From: Candidatus Saccharimonadota bacterium | GTDB lineage: Bacteria > Patescibacteriota > Saccharimonadia > Saccharimonadales > JAXHNE01 | DNA: 64,000 nt | NCBI GenBank assembly: GCA_034520885.1 | Contig: JAXHNE010000007.1 | Span: 54,827 to 118,826, forward strand | Reading direction: 5' to 3' | Part shown: positions 30,256-39,231 of the stretch, piece by piece | How the letters are laid out: each line of letters starts with the position of its first letter | Position numbering within the stretch: position 1 is the stretch's first letter | The notes under the pieces: model-generated | The model's database searches: none | Seen by the model: the letters and a program-made list of their open reading frames with translations, nothing else | What the model was told of the DNA's origin: nothing | Translations under genes and position numbers: made by a program

Positions 30256-30897
30256 TTAAAACGAGAGTGATTGAACGATGTCGTTGGCTTCGTGGAACCA
30301 GCGGGCATTTTGGAATTCATCAACCTCGATATCTTCCGATTCGGTTTCGCGGCAATCAAACCGCCCGAACACCGCGGCTTGGGCGCCGGACGCTCCGTCA
30401 ATACGGCTCACGAAGCTCTCATCGCCTTCGTTGACCGTTTCGGTAGAAACGCCCCACTGCAAGCTGGACAATCCCTCCAGTTGGTAGATCACTGACTGGT
30501 CGCCATTTTCAAGCGTTTCGGTGGCGAGAATTTCGGCGTCATCTATGGCAAAGCTGGCGTCCGCCGTATCGGTAACTACGTGCAGATCAAGGCAAAAGTA
30601 AAATTCGTTTTCGTCGAGCGGGCTCTCCACGGTAAGTAGTTGATCTTCCTCGGAGTTATCCGCTCCTTCGGTGACGTTCCAATTATTGGGATAGGTAAAG
30701 GTGAGGTCGCTAAATTCGCTTTCGAACCTGGTAAGCTCCGCCGTCTCCCCGGATTCATCAACCCGGGCGGGGAAGTCCTGCGGCTGAGTTGGCTCAGTTT
30801 GTGCGGGCTGCTGCTCATCGCCCGGAAAGCCCCAAATAATAAACCATATGGCCGCGCCTACTATAATGACACCGATAATCACGAGTAGCTTTTTCAT
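30256..30897 (-). CDS. hypothetical N-terminally anchored acidic extracytoplasmic protein
   Basis: MKKLLVIIGVIIVGAAIWFIIW anchor followed by a 190-aa acidic domain. Confidence 0.6.
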   Translation of the reverse strand: MKKLLVIIGVIIVGAAIWFIIWGFPGDEQQPAQTEPTQPQDFPARVDESGETAELTRFESEFSDLTFTYPNNWNVTEGADNSEEDQLLTVESPLDENEFYFCLDLHVVTDTADASFAIDDAEILATETLENGDQSVIYQLEGLSSLQWGVSTETVNEGDESFVSRIDGASGAQAAVFGRFDCRETESEDIEVDEFQNARWFHEANDIVQSLSF

Positions 30898-31264
30898 AAT
30901 CCCCCTTATTTTGCTTGAATCTTAAGCGTACCACGAAGAACCATCCGGGTGAAAGATGGAAGGTGCTATTTTTTTCAGGTACTGGCCTGCAATTTGCCGA
31001 TTAATCAGTATATGAATAGTCCTTCGGCTGGCTCAGGACATTCTAAATCTCATTTCTTGCTGGCTGCAAGCCATGAGCTTGCTTCGCTCTGAGCCGGATG
31101 GTTTTCAGGGTCGAATGGCTGGGGCTATGGTCCGATTTCAGAACTTTAAGTCTGACTATTGACGTACGTCGATGGCAAGAATGAAAGCTCTGTTGGCATA
31201 ATCTAGTCAAGCGATAGAACGGGTGCTTCAATTAAGCATTAGATGCAAATAAGTAACGATCCTA

Positions 31265-31293
31265 TTGACACAACAGGCACGTAAGCATAGTAT
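31265..31293 (+). promoter_or_regulatory. sigma70-like promoter candidate for the Rdx-like gene
   Basis: TTGACA (31265-31270), 17 nt spacer, TAGTAT (31288-31293). Confidence 0.45.
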
Positions 31294-31344
31294 ATGAAGG
31301 TATGTTCATATATAATAAAGAAAGTAACAATTAAGGAGAATATT

Positions 31345-31635
31345 ATGCATAAGGAATATGAATTTAAATTCTGCGTGTCATGTTATATGGAAAGCGCAAT
31401 GACGTTGAGTGAGAATCTTATCCAGATGTATCCGCATGATAGCAAATTTGCTCTTAAGCTGGTCCCTGGGGAGGCTGGTCAATTCGATGTAATGCTTGAT
31501 GGGAAACTCATATACTCGAAGGCTGAGACAAATCGTATACCAAAAATCCAGGACATAGCTAAAAATGACGATGGGACAGTAGTAGTAGAAACAACACCGT
31601 CACAGAAAGAAAAGCAAAATAGCAATTCATGCTAA
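31345..31635 (+). CDS. Rdx family (SelW/SelT-like thioredoxin-fold) protein, Cys form
   Basis: MHKEYEFKFCVSCY (CxxC where selenoproteins have CxxU) ...LVPGEAGQFDVMLDGKLIYSKAETNRIPK. AAGGAG RBS supports the ATG at 31345 rather than 31294. Confidence 0.6.
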   Translation: MHKEYEFKFCVSCYMESAMTLSENLIQMYPHDSKFALKLVPGEAGQFDVMLDGKLIYSKAETNRIPKIQDIAKNDDGTVVVETTPSQKEKQNSNSC

Positions 31636-31707
31636 AGTCAGTCGTAAAGAGTGCCTAGAGAAAGAGCTAAAAGAAGTTAAACAGCAGCTTAGAAAGTGGT
31701 AAAGTAG

Positions 31708-32022
31708 CTACTTAGCCAAAGTCAGTAGCGACTTCATAACGCTATTACCAAAATCGGTCAGGGAGTAATATACTTTCTGACCTTTTTTAGTGTCTGAAAC
31801 TATGCCAATTGCTTTTAGATCTTTCAAGTGATGAGATATAAGACTTTGAGACAGCTTAGTGTGTTCTTCCAGTTCACAGACGCAGTGACTGTCTTTTTGT
31901 AGCACACATAGTAGACGCAGACGACTGTCCTCGCCTATTACTTTCAAAACTGGGCCAAGGTCGGTAATCCGTTTACTGGTTGCTGAGTTAGGAGCGCAGC
32001 AGTCATATGAGTTCATGTTCAT
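31708..32022 (-). CDS. ArsR/SmtB family metal-sensing repressor, CadC-like cysteine pattern
   Basis: RLRLLCVLQKDSHCVCELEEHTKLSQSLISHHLKDLK (CVC in the alpha3 position, wHTH) plus N-terminal DCC. Confidence 0.85.
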   Translation of the reverse strand: MNMNSYDCCAPNSATSKRITDLGPVLKVIGEDSRLRLLCVLQKDSHCVCELEEHTKLSQSLISHHLKDLKAIGIVSDTKKGQKVYYSLTDFGNSVMKSLLTLAK

Positions 32023-32110
32023 ATAATACGCTGTTAGTATTTATATGCACAAGTAGTTGTTTTTGTGCGAATGAATTTTCTTCGAGAAGATATAAAGTTT
32101 GAATTTTTAT

Positions 32111-32121
32111 GCTTGGCTGGG
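32111..32121. repeat. 11-bp direct repeat copy 1 (gcttggctggg)
   Basis: Identical 11-mer to 33627-33637, which covers the 3' end of tRNA-Gln. Confidence 0.5.
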
Positions 32122-32215
32122 CACGTGTCCCACAGGTGGCACCGTTTATCTACAGACTTGGTACATCTATATATCAAATTGCAAAAACTAAAGCTGGTAA
32201 CTGGAGGTGGATAAT

Positions 32216-33562
32216 ATGCTACTGCTTGTTTCTGTGGGTAATGTGCATCAAAATACAGTAATGAGCAAAAATCGAGAGCTTACTCCAGAAAATTATTCTG
32301 AATTTTCACAGAGAAGCCTTTTGCAAGGAATAGTGGTTGAGGCTAATAATGAACAGGCCCAATATATTGTTACTCATGTTTTAGATGGCAAGGAAGAAGT
32401 ACTAGATTATGATTTTGATTTCTACCCAGAGTTCAGAACAGCAAGCGTGCATAGCCCATGGTACAGCGAAACTCCCGAAAGTTATCGAGCACTTTTATAT
32501 GAATTGAATGGTGATGAAAGCCCTGACGCGTTTCCTGCAAGTGATTCTGTAGCACTGACTGACAACTTAGAGCTTTTACCAGGAGATACTATTCATGTGC
32601 ATCAAACAATGTTTTGGGAAACAGACGAACAAGGCCGCAAGTCAGGCTACCCCAGGTATGATGTATGCAAACTGCCCGTGGCTAATACGGGTTTAAGTGT
32701 CGTGCTGGAAACAATCAGAGCCGAAAGACTTGAACGTATTGCACAAAAAATTAAAAAGATTGAAGAAGATGAGCAAGAAGCGATGTCAGGCTGTGTAAGA
32801 ATTTTGCCAAACGAGCCTACTAGGCCATTTGAAAATCCAGGTCCGCATAACACGGATAGCAATCGGTATCAGCGCATTAGTTCTCGATACGCGTACGGTG
32901 ACGGTGTTGTCGACGACCATTTTGTTGACATAAAAGCACAAGAAGCTTATATAGGCGATGTAGAGCTTGGTGGAGTACGACGATTTGGCGCTGACGGAAC
33001 TGAATACCTTGTTCCCTCAATAATGCCTTTTGGCGAAGGAACCATCGAGGATCCATTGTATGAACTAGAGATTCACATTCACTCAGAAACAAAACTTAAT
33101 CCTGCTGTCGGTGAGCTACGTGGGTATGTAATGATAGATGGAACTAAATACGAAGCTTTGTTAGACCCGGAAGTTTCCAGCCATTATTTTGAAAATCCTG
33201 GTCACGATATTACATTTTCTGGGTTTCGAGCTGAGGGGGTTCAATTCGACATGGTTGGAATTAACAAAGAACAAAGTGATGCACTTTATGTGCGGAGTAG
33301 ACGAGAGCAGGATATTGCCATGGATCAACTTTATGCGAGCATAGATAGACGTGAAGATTTTGCAGATAAACTGGAGCAAATCGACCAAAGAGCTCAGCAA
33401 GCCGCCCGAGAACAACGGCAACTTCAACAGAAAGAACAAAAGATCATTGATTCAATTCGCAACAATCCTCGAAAATATACTATATCTACAGGTGCATCGA
33501 TACTAGTCCCTAGAAGTATGCTCGATGCTATAGAAGTAGTACTTGGATCGAATCGAGAGTAG
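32216..33562 (+). CDS. orphan 448-aa acidic cytoplasmic protein with C-terminal coiled-coil-like segment
   Basis: Uninterrupted AT-rich ORF. GGAGG sits 8 nt before the ATG at 32216 (the ORF track uses GTG 32207). No motif recognised. QRAQQAAREQRQLQQKEQK near the C-terminus. Confidence 0.6.
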   Translation: MLLLVSVGNVHQNTVMSKNRELTPENYSEFSQRSLLQGIVVEANNEQAQYIVTHVLDGKEEVLDYDFDFYPEFRTASVHSPWYSETPESYRALLYELNGDESPDAFPASDSVALTDNLELLPGDTIHVHQTMFWETDEQGRKSGYPRYDVCKLPVANTGLSVVLETIRAERLERIAQKIKKIEEDEQEAMSGCVRILPNEPTRPFENPGPHNTDSNRYQRISSRYAYGDGVVDDHFVDIKAQEAYIGDVELGGVRRFGADGTEYLVPSIMPFGEGTIEDPLYELEIHIHSETKLNPAVGELRGYVMIDGTKYEALLDPEVSSHYFENPGHDITFSGFRAEGVQFDMVGINKEQSDALYVRSRREQDIAMDQLYASIDRREDFADKLEQIDQRAQQAAREQRQLQQKEQKIIDSIRNNPRKYTISTGASILVPRSMLDAIEVVLGSNRE

Positions 33563-33626
33563 CACTATATGCACAGGTTTGGTTCCAGAAAGAACACGTG
33601 CTGGATTAAAATCAATCTGTTAAAAA

Positions 33627-33637
33627 GCTTGGCTGGG
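33627..33637. repeat. 11-bp direct repeat copy 2 (gcttggctggg)
   Basis: Overlaps the last 8 nt of tRNA-Gln (minus strand) plus 3 flanking nt. Confidence 0.5.
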
Positions 33638-33703
33638 GATGCAGGATTCGAACCTGCGATCACGGGACCAGAACCCGCTGCCTTACCACTTGGCTAATCC
33701 CCA
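33630..33703 (-). tRNA. tRNA-Gln (anticodon CUG), CCA encoded
   Basis: Manual cloverleaf on the minus strand: TGGGGAT/ATCCCCA acceptor with U1-A72 and G73, anticodon loop TTCTGGT, T-arm GCAGG-TTCGAAT-CCTGC. 74 nt. Confidence 0.9.
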
Positions 33704-33786
33704 CTAGCTGAATTCGTAACAGGGGCAATTGTAGCAGATGTGTTAAGACGAAACCAGGTGAAGAAAACAAATAGATCGGCCACTTT

Positions 33787-34521
33787 TCAGTCGAGTGACA
33801 TTTCCAGGTCGGCAACGGGGTCGTACCAGCCTTTATCCAATACGAAAGTTTGGATGTCTTTGTCCAACCCGAACACAATGGCCAGTCCCACGATAATGAG
33901 AATAATGCCGATAACTCGTTTGAACGTTCCATGCGGGTCGGAGAGGACGCCAAGTTTCCGGGTAAATGACTGGCCGGCAAAAGCGATAAGTAATAATGTG
34001 CCGCATAGACCAATGGTGTAGGCGACGAGTAAACCGAATCCCTTTAAAAACGTAGCCGGTAATACGGCGGCCACAATAAACAAGTACGTCGGGCTACAGC
34101 TATTGAACACCGGACCGAGCGCCAACCCGGTGGCGACGTTTTTGGATTGCCCGGACAGGCGCGAACTTTTGCCCAGCAAACTTTGGGTCTTACCGGTAAG
34201 ATTTAATTTTGCGGTTAGTTTTTCCCAGGTGACAGGCAAGGCGAACGTAAGACCGAGCAGCACAATGATAGCTCCGGCAACAACGGCCCAGAACGCCGCG
34301 GGTACCCCGAGCAGCACGCTACTTCCTTTTAGTAGGAGGGTAAACGCGATAATCGACACACCCAGGCTTACGGTAATGACTATCGGCTTGATTGGGTCGC
34401 GTTTCTTAGTTTCATCGTCACTGACCACGCTGGCACCCAGCACCACCGGTAAAAGCGGCAAAATGCACGGCGCGAGGAGTGTCAGGATACCGGCCGCAAA
34501 GGCGGCAATGTAGAGTTCCAT
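33787..34521 (-). CDS. ccdA: cytochrome c biogenesis protein CcdA / DsbD-family thiol-disulfide transporter
   Basis: LLAPCILPLLPVVLG and SPTYLFIV... motifs, 6 TM. Confidence 0.85.
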   Translation of the reverse strand: MELYIAAFAAGILTLLAPCILPLLPVVLGASVVSDDETKKRDPIKPIVITVSLGVSIIAFTLLLKGSSVLLGVPAAFWAVVAGAIIVLLGLTFALPVTWEKLTAKLNLTGKTQSLLGKSSRLSGQSKNVATGLALGPVFNSCSPTYLFIVAAVLPATFLKGFGLLVAYTIGLCGTLLLIAFAGQSFTRKLGVLSDPHGTFKRVIGIILIIVGLAIVFGLDKDIQTFVLDKGWYDPVADLEMSLD

Positions 34522-34524
34522 GGT

Positions 34525-35013
34525 TTAGAGATAGTCGCGAATTACGGCGTCGAAGGTTGGTTCGTTGTAAGCAACGTAATCATCAATTTTTTCGTTGTTT
34601 TCGTCAATCTTTACAAACGTGGTCTGCAGACGCACATCGTATTTAGCCCGCAAATCCTGGTTGCTGTCGTAGTCCACTTTTACAATGGTATACCCGTCGG
34701 GAACGCCGTCAGATTCTATGCCGGCCTCTATGGAGCGGCACTGCGGGCACCACGAGGCGTGGAAAAACAACACTCGCTGTCCTTCGGCGTTGGCCAAAGT
34801 TTCTTCGTCGTACTCAATATAACTCCCCGGGATTGAAGCATCCACCGGCGGAGCTTCCTCGGCGGTCGGTTCTTGCTTTGTAGTCGGTTCCGGCGCGGTT
34901 TCCACTGCGGCTCGGTCGTTATTTTCCGCTTCATCGTTTCGTGAAGCGGTATAAGCGATGGCACCGCTCCCCAGCGCAATAAATAATAGAATAAGTCCCA
35001 GTTTCTTGGCCAT
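34525..35013 (-). CDS. membrane-anchored thioredoxin-fold protein (WCPQC)
   Basis: Signal-anchor then LFFHASWCPQCRSIE. Tandem with ccdA. Confidence 0.8.
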   Translation of the reverse strand: MAKKLGLILLFIALGSGAIAYTASRNDEAENNDRAAVETAPEPTTKQEPTAEEAPPVDASIPGSYIEYDEETLANAEGQRVLFFHASWCPQCRSIEAGIESDGVPDGYTIVKVDYDSNQDLRAKYDVRLQTTFVKIDENNEKIDDYVAYNEPTFDAVIRDYL

Positions 35014-35049
35014 GGGCGAATCCTCCGGTTAACGATTTTAGTATAGCAT

Positions 35050-35349
35050 GTGCGGTATCATGGAAGCATGGGCAGATATTGGTTCAAAAGACGACGCTAC
35101 GGGTACGATTGGATTCCGGTTACTTGGCAAGGCTGGCTGGTGATAGCCATTTACCTTGTCTTGATCTTGCTTGGGAGTTTGTTTTTAGCGCGCGAAGGCG
35201 ACGATCCTTCGGCGGGAGATCTTTTAGTGTTTTTCACCACGCTTTTCGTGGCCACGGGAACGTTATTGGTAGTAACGTTTTACACCGGCCCCAAACCCAA
35301 ATGGCGCTGGGGTAGGCGGCCGGGCGATACCCCGAGAGAAGATTTTTAG
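35050..35349 (+). CDS. hypothetical small 2-TM membrane protein
   Basis: 99 aa, two hydrophobic helices, basic ends. Confidence 0.5.
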   Translation: MRYHGSMGRYWFKRRRYGYDWIPVTWQGWLVIAIYLVLILLGSLFLAREGDDPSAGDLLVFFTTLFVATGTLLVVTFYTGPKPKWRWGRRPGDTPREDF

Positions 35350-35378
35350 CGTAAACCGATTGACGAAAGCGTAAGCGT

Positions 35379-35951
35379 TTGCTTGACTTAAAAGTAATGG
35401 CCAAACAAAACCTCAAACAACTCAAACTGCGCATACTGCGGGTCAGCCGCTTGCATTTTTACTTGGCCTTGATCTTGGCGGTGCAAATTATCGTGTATGA
35501 CGCCTGGATGTTAATTCAGCCGGAAACCGTTTTCCAGCGCTGGATAGCCACGGCTATTTTGTTCGCCGGCGCCACGGTCGTGTGGTTATTGGCGCGGTCT
35601 CCTTCTACCAAAATAGTGTTTTACGAGCGGCTGGTTTCCGGATTAATCGTGCTGGACGTGTTATTGGCCTCCTTTATGGTGTATCAAACCCGGGGGATGG
35701 CCAGCACCGCCGTAGCACTTTACGTAGTTCCCATATTGGTAGCCGCGGTGTTTCACTCACGCGTAGCATTGATCGCCACCTCGTTTTTATGCGTGGCGGC
35801 TTACACTACGACGGCATTGGCCTATTTCACGCTGAATTTTAACGAAGGTTATAACGTGGAACTATACGGCACCATCGGATTTTATAGTGCATTCATGGTG
35901 CTCGTGGCGATGATTATTTGGGGGCTACAAAACCCCTCAAAAAACGATTAG
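35379..35951 (+). CDS. hypothetical polytopic membrane protein
   Basis: 190 aa, 5-6 TM. The start may be the ATG at 35397. Confidence 0.55.
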   Translation: MLDLKVMAKQNLKQLKLRILRVSRLHFYLALILAVQIIVYDAWMLIQPETVFQRWIATAILFAGATVVWLLARSPSTKIVFYERLVSGLIVLDVLLASFMVYQTRGMASTAVALYVVPILVAAVFHSRVALIATSFLCVAAYTTTALAYFTLNFNEGYNVELYGTIGFYSAFMVLVAMIIWGLQNPSKND

Positions 35952-36020
35952 TTGTGTATAACTACTTGAAAAACTTGTGCTTAAGGCATAAGTTGTAAGT
36001 GGAAGTGTGAGGCTTCCAGT

Positions 36021-36049
36021 GACCCTGGGTAACAACCCGGGGTCTTTTT
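36021..36049 (+). terminator. rho-independent terminator downstream of ORF 35379-35951
   Basis: gaccctggg-taacaa-cccggggtc followed by ttttt. Confidence 0.6.
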
Positions 36050-36238
36050 ATTTGTTGCGCCGCGTCGGCACCCGAGGCCAGCGAAACGGCCGAAGTCGCC
36101 ATCATTTTTGCCACCCATAATACTTTTCTTCCGCGAAACCCCACAACACCAAGAAATTCCCGTTTTCCTGACGATCGTTCAAAAAACAAAAATTTTATCG
36201 TCGTGGGAGGGTCGTCGTTCATTGTGCGGGAAAAGGGG

Positions 36239-36652
36239 TTATTTGCAGTCGGTGCAGAGGCCGCGAATTTCCAGTGTGTGTTCCAGGGCTTTAAATCGGT
36301 TGCGATAGCTGAGTCGGGCGATTTCTTGTTCGATAACCAGGTCTTCGTCCAGGGCGATCACGCGTTCGCAGGCCAGGCAGGTGAGGTGGTGATGGTGTTC
36401 ATGGAACAGTTCGCTGAGCTCGAACTTATATTTCCAACCCAGCTGGACTTTCTTAATCACGCGCAGCTTCTCGAATAAGTCCACATTGCGGTACACACTG
36501 GATTTATCCTGCTTGGGCAGGGCTTCAATAAGTTCCCGCATGCTCATGGATTGATGCCGCATAAAAACTTTAAACAGTTGCACGCGCGGTTTGGTCGCAA
36601 AATGCCCATGTTTTTTTAAGTGGTCCTTAAAGTTTGAAATCGCCTCTTGCAT
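36239..36652 (-). CDS. Fur family transcriptional regulator (Fur/Zur/PerR type)
   Basis: wHTH SVYRNVDLFEKLRVI, HEHHHHLTCLACERV and C-terminal CTDC zinc motifs. Confidence 0.85.
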   Translation of the reverse strand: MQEAISNFKDHLKKHGHFATKPRVQLFKVFMRHQSMSMRELIEALPKQDKSSVYRNVDLFEKLRVIKKVQLGWKYKFELSELFHEHHHHLTCLACERVIALDEDLVIEQEIARLSYRNRFKALEHTLEIRGLCTDCK

Positions 36653-36755
36653 ACCTTTATTTTAGTGTAAATTACGAATTATTTGCAAAATGATTTTTAC
36701 ATCACTTTCAATTGGGAGGTAGCGCCGCCCGCCCCGGATCAGTTACAATGAGCTT

Positions 36756-37817
36756 ATGGAAATCGGGTTAATAGTTGCGGGCTTGGTAGTTTTAGCGGTC
36801 GTTTTGGTGGTGGCGATTTACTTTTTCGCGCAAAAGTTTACCTTGCAACTCACAAAAGTTAATGAAGACCAACGCAAAGAAAGCAAAGAGGAGATCGAAT
36901 CCGACGTAAAAAACATTTTTAACGAGATCACCAAAGGCATTGAAAAACAATTGGCTATCAGCCGCGAGGAAATGAGCGCCCTAAAAAACCAAAACACGGC
37001 AATTACGGAGCAGCTTAAAGGCGCTTCGGAAGTCACCAAGGAGTTGCACACCTCCACTGAAAACCTTAAAAAAGTGTTATCTAACAACCAGCTCCGGGGG
37101 CGATGGGGCGAAGAAGCCGCCGAACAACTGTTGATGTCCGCCGGATTCGTGGTGGACGAAACCTACATAAAACAGCGCTCCTCCGGTGAGGGTCGGCCGG
37201 ACTTTACGATATTATTACCGGATAAGACCAAGCTGAATGTCGACGTTAAGTTTCCTTACAACGGACTAATGGATTATCAGGAAGCCAAAACCAAAAAGGA
37301 ACGCGAAGCGGCGCTTAAAAAGTTTAAATCCGACGTCAAGGAGCAGGCCAAAAGCATCACCTCCAAGGATTATATCGACCCGCAAAATAACACGCTGGAT
37401 TTCGTGATCATGTTTATTCCCAACGAAATGATCTTTAGCTTTATTTACGACCAAGCGCCGGAGCTAAAAGAATTTTGTGATCAAAACAAGGTGGTGCTGG
37501 CCGGTCCTTTCGGGTTCACCGCTATCTTGCGCTTGATTTTCCAGGCTTATAAAAACTTCGGTTACGAGAAGAATTTGCAAGAAATCCTCGGCCTGGTAAA
37601 CAAGTTCCAGGAAGAATACGACAAGTTCGGCGACCACATGCAAAAACTTGGAAACCAACTGGCCACCGCCCAAAAAACTTTTACGGAAGTCGAGGGAACA
37701 CGAAATCGCCAACTCACCAAAGTGGTTGACCAAATCCAGGCTCACTCAGAGTCCCAGCCGCTCAAAGACACCGAAGAAATAAAAAAGCTTGGTGAAAAAA
37801 ATAGGGACGATAACTAA
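36756..37817 (+). CDS. rmuC: DNA recombination protein RmuC
   Basis: N-terminal anchor plus coiled coil, then RGRWGEEAAEQLL...GRPDFTILLPD...VDVKFP (RmuC nuclease-like core). Confidence 0.85.
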   Translation: MEIGLIVAGLVVLAVVLVVAIYFFAQKFTLQLTKVNEDQRKESKEEIESDVKNIFNEITKGIEKQLAISREEMSALKNQNTAITEQLKGASEVTKELHTSTENLKKVLSNNQLRGRWGEEAAEQLLMSAGFVVDETYIKQRSSGEGRPDFTILLPDKTKLNVDVKFPYNGLMDYQEAKTKKEREAALKKFKSDVKEQAKSITSKDYIDPQNNTLDFVIMFIPNEMIFSFIYDQAPELKEFCDQNKVVLAGPFGFTAILRLIFQAYKNFGYEKNLQEILGLVNKFQEEYDKFGDHMQKLGNQLATAQKTFTEVEGTRNRQLTKVVDQIQAHSESQPLKDTEEIKKLGEKNRDDN

Positions 37818-38077
37818 TGGCGGAAGAAGGTGTAAACGTTAAGAATGCAGAATGTGATGCTTTGATACCGGGATGCGTCGATGCGCCTCCGTTTTATTTT
37901 GGTATTGGGCTTGTAACTGGACTGCCATTGTTAGTAGTAGCTGCCGCAGCGGTGTTTTTTGCGCGTAGAGCAAAATCCAGGCTGCTTAAAAAGATAGCCA
38001 TTGTTTGCCTGGTTATCGGTTTACTATTGTTGGCTTGGTATCTGTATGGATACGTTGTGTGGGTGATCGCCCCATGA
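37817..38077 (+). CDS. hypothetical small 2-TM membrane protein
   Basis: 86 aa. The stop overlaps the ndh ATG (ATGA). Confidence 0.5.
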   Translation: MAEEGVNVKNAECDALIPGCVDAPPFYFGIGLVTGLPLLVVAAAAVFFARRAKSRLLKKIAIVCLVIGLLLLAWYLYGYVVWVIAP

Positions 38078-39231
38078 ATGTTGTCGTGGTGGGGAGTGGG
38101 TTCGGTGGTGTCAAGCTGGCGTTGGAGCTTTCCAACAAAAGCGGCGTAAAAGTAACGCTAGTAAGTAAGATTTCCAATTTCGAATACCACGCGGCGCTGT
38201 ATCGCTCCGGCACCGGTCGCTCGCCACTGGAAGTGGTTCTGCCCTTACGGACGATCTTTAAACGCAGCCGAAACGTTACAATCGAACAAGACCGTATTGT
38301 CGGAATCGACACCAAAAAGAAGCATGTGGTCAGCGAAACCGGCCATACTTACAAATACGACAAAGTGGTGTTCGCCATGGGGAACAAGGTGAACTATTTC
38401 GGCATTTCCGGTTTGGAAGAATCGACCATGACACTGGACACCATCGCTAACACCATTGCGCTGCGCCATGAACTCACCGACGTATTTAAAAAGAAAAAGC
38501 GCCCCAAAGTAGCGGTCATCGGTGCCGGTCCGGCCGGCGTGGAACTGGTGGGCGAACTGCAACACTACGCGGATATGGTGGCCGAGAAGTATCAGCTCCG
38601 GCCTCCTCACGTGCAGGCTACGATTATTGAAGGAGCTAATCGGTTGCTCCCGGCGCTGGATGAGAAAGCCAGCAAAAAAGCCCTTAAGCGCCTACGCCAA
38701 TTGAAGGTACGGGTGAAGCTGGGAACTCAAGTGGATTCCTGTGTGCCCGGGAAGGTGTGCATTAGTAGCGGTGACATTAAGGCCGACGTCATTGTCTGGA
38801 CGGCCGGCAGCCGGGCGGTCGGTTTTTACGCCGAACACCCCGAGGTGTTCGAGCTGGAGCGGGGAAGAGTCAGGGTGGATCAGTATCTTCATGCCGTGGG
38901 GCACGAGGACATTTACGTGATCGGGGATAACGCGGCCACGCCGCACTCCGGTATGGCACAGACCGCGCTGCACGACGCGACGTTCGTGGCCGAAAATATT
39001 TTGCGCGAACAAAGGCGCGAGCGGCCAAAATGGTACCGTTCGATCACGCCGATTTACGCGGTACCCATCGGCCCGAAGTGGGCGATCTTACAAACCAAAA
39101 CCAAGGTGATCAGCGGCTATAAAGCCTGGTTGGCACGCCGACGGGCGGATTTAGCGATTTATCGAAATTTCCAACCGTACAAACAGGCCGTAAAAACCTG
39201 GCGCAAGGGCAATAAACCGGCCAAATTTTAG
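38074..39231 (+). CDS. ndh: type II NADH dehydrogenase-like FAD-dependent oxidoreductase
   Basis: MNVVVVGSGFGGVKLA and VAVIGAGPAGVELVGEL dinucleotide folds. Start chosen at 38074, while the ORF track extends to 38005. Confidence 0.8.
   Translation: MNVVVVGSGFGGVKLALELSNKSGVKVTLVSKISNFEYHAALYRSGTGRSPLEVVLPLRTIFKRSRNVTIEQDRIVGIDTKKKHVVSETGHTYKYDKVVFAMGNKVNYFGISGLEESTMTLDTIANTIALRHELTDVFKKKKRPKVAVIGAGPAGVELVGELQHYADMVAEKYQLRPPHVQATIIEGANRLLPALDEKASKKALKRLRQLKVRVKLGTQVDSCVPGKVCISSGDIKADVIVWTAGSRAVGFYAEHPEVFELERGRVRVDQYLHAVGHEDIYVIGDNAATPHSGMAQTALHDATFVAENILREQRRERPKWYRSITPIYAVPIGPKWAILQTKTKVISGYKAWLARRRADLAIYRNFQPYKQAVKTWRKGNKPAKF

Noticed and set aside
30950-31250. Structured-looking non-coding stretch (several 4-5 bp hairpins, ORF 31043-31231 on the minus strand) that might be an ncRNA such as SRP, 6S or tmRNA
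   Set aside because: I found none of the conserved motifs of SRP RNA, RNase P RNA or tmRNA. The hairpins are short and the ORF translation is implausible. I treat it as the degenerate left border of the tRNA-Gln islet.
33630-33704. The tRNA could be read as tRNA-His because a G precedes the acceptor stem
   Set aside because: The anticodon loop TTCTGGT gives CUG (Gln). U1-A72 and G73 are Gln features, and the extra base belongs to flanking sequence.
35966-36049. Possible 50-nt sRNA: TTGAAA-17-TAAGTT promoter-like text, a GGAAG/CTTCC hairpin and a terminator
   Set aside because: The -10 element is weak, and the terminator sits only 70 nt after the stop of ORF 35379-35951. The simpler reading is that it is that gene's terminator.
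36653-36755. Fur-box-like A/T-rich imperfect palindrome (tgcaaaatgatttttaca) between fur-family and rmuC
   Set aside because: Only 11 of 18 positions are self-complementary, and it does not match the Fur, Zur or PerR consensus well enough to call from sequence alone.
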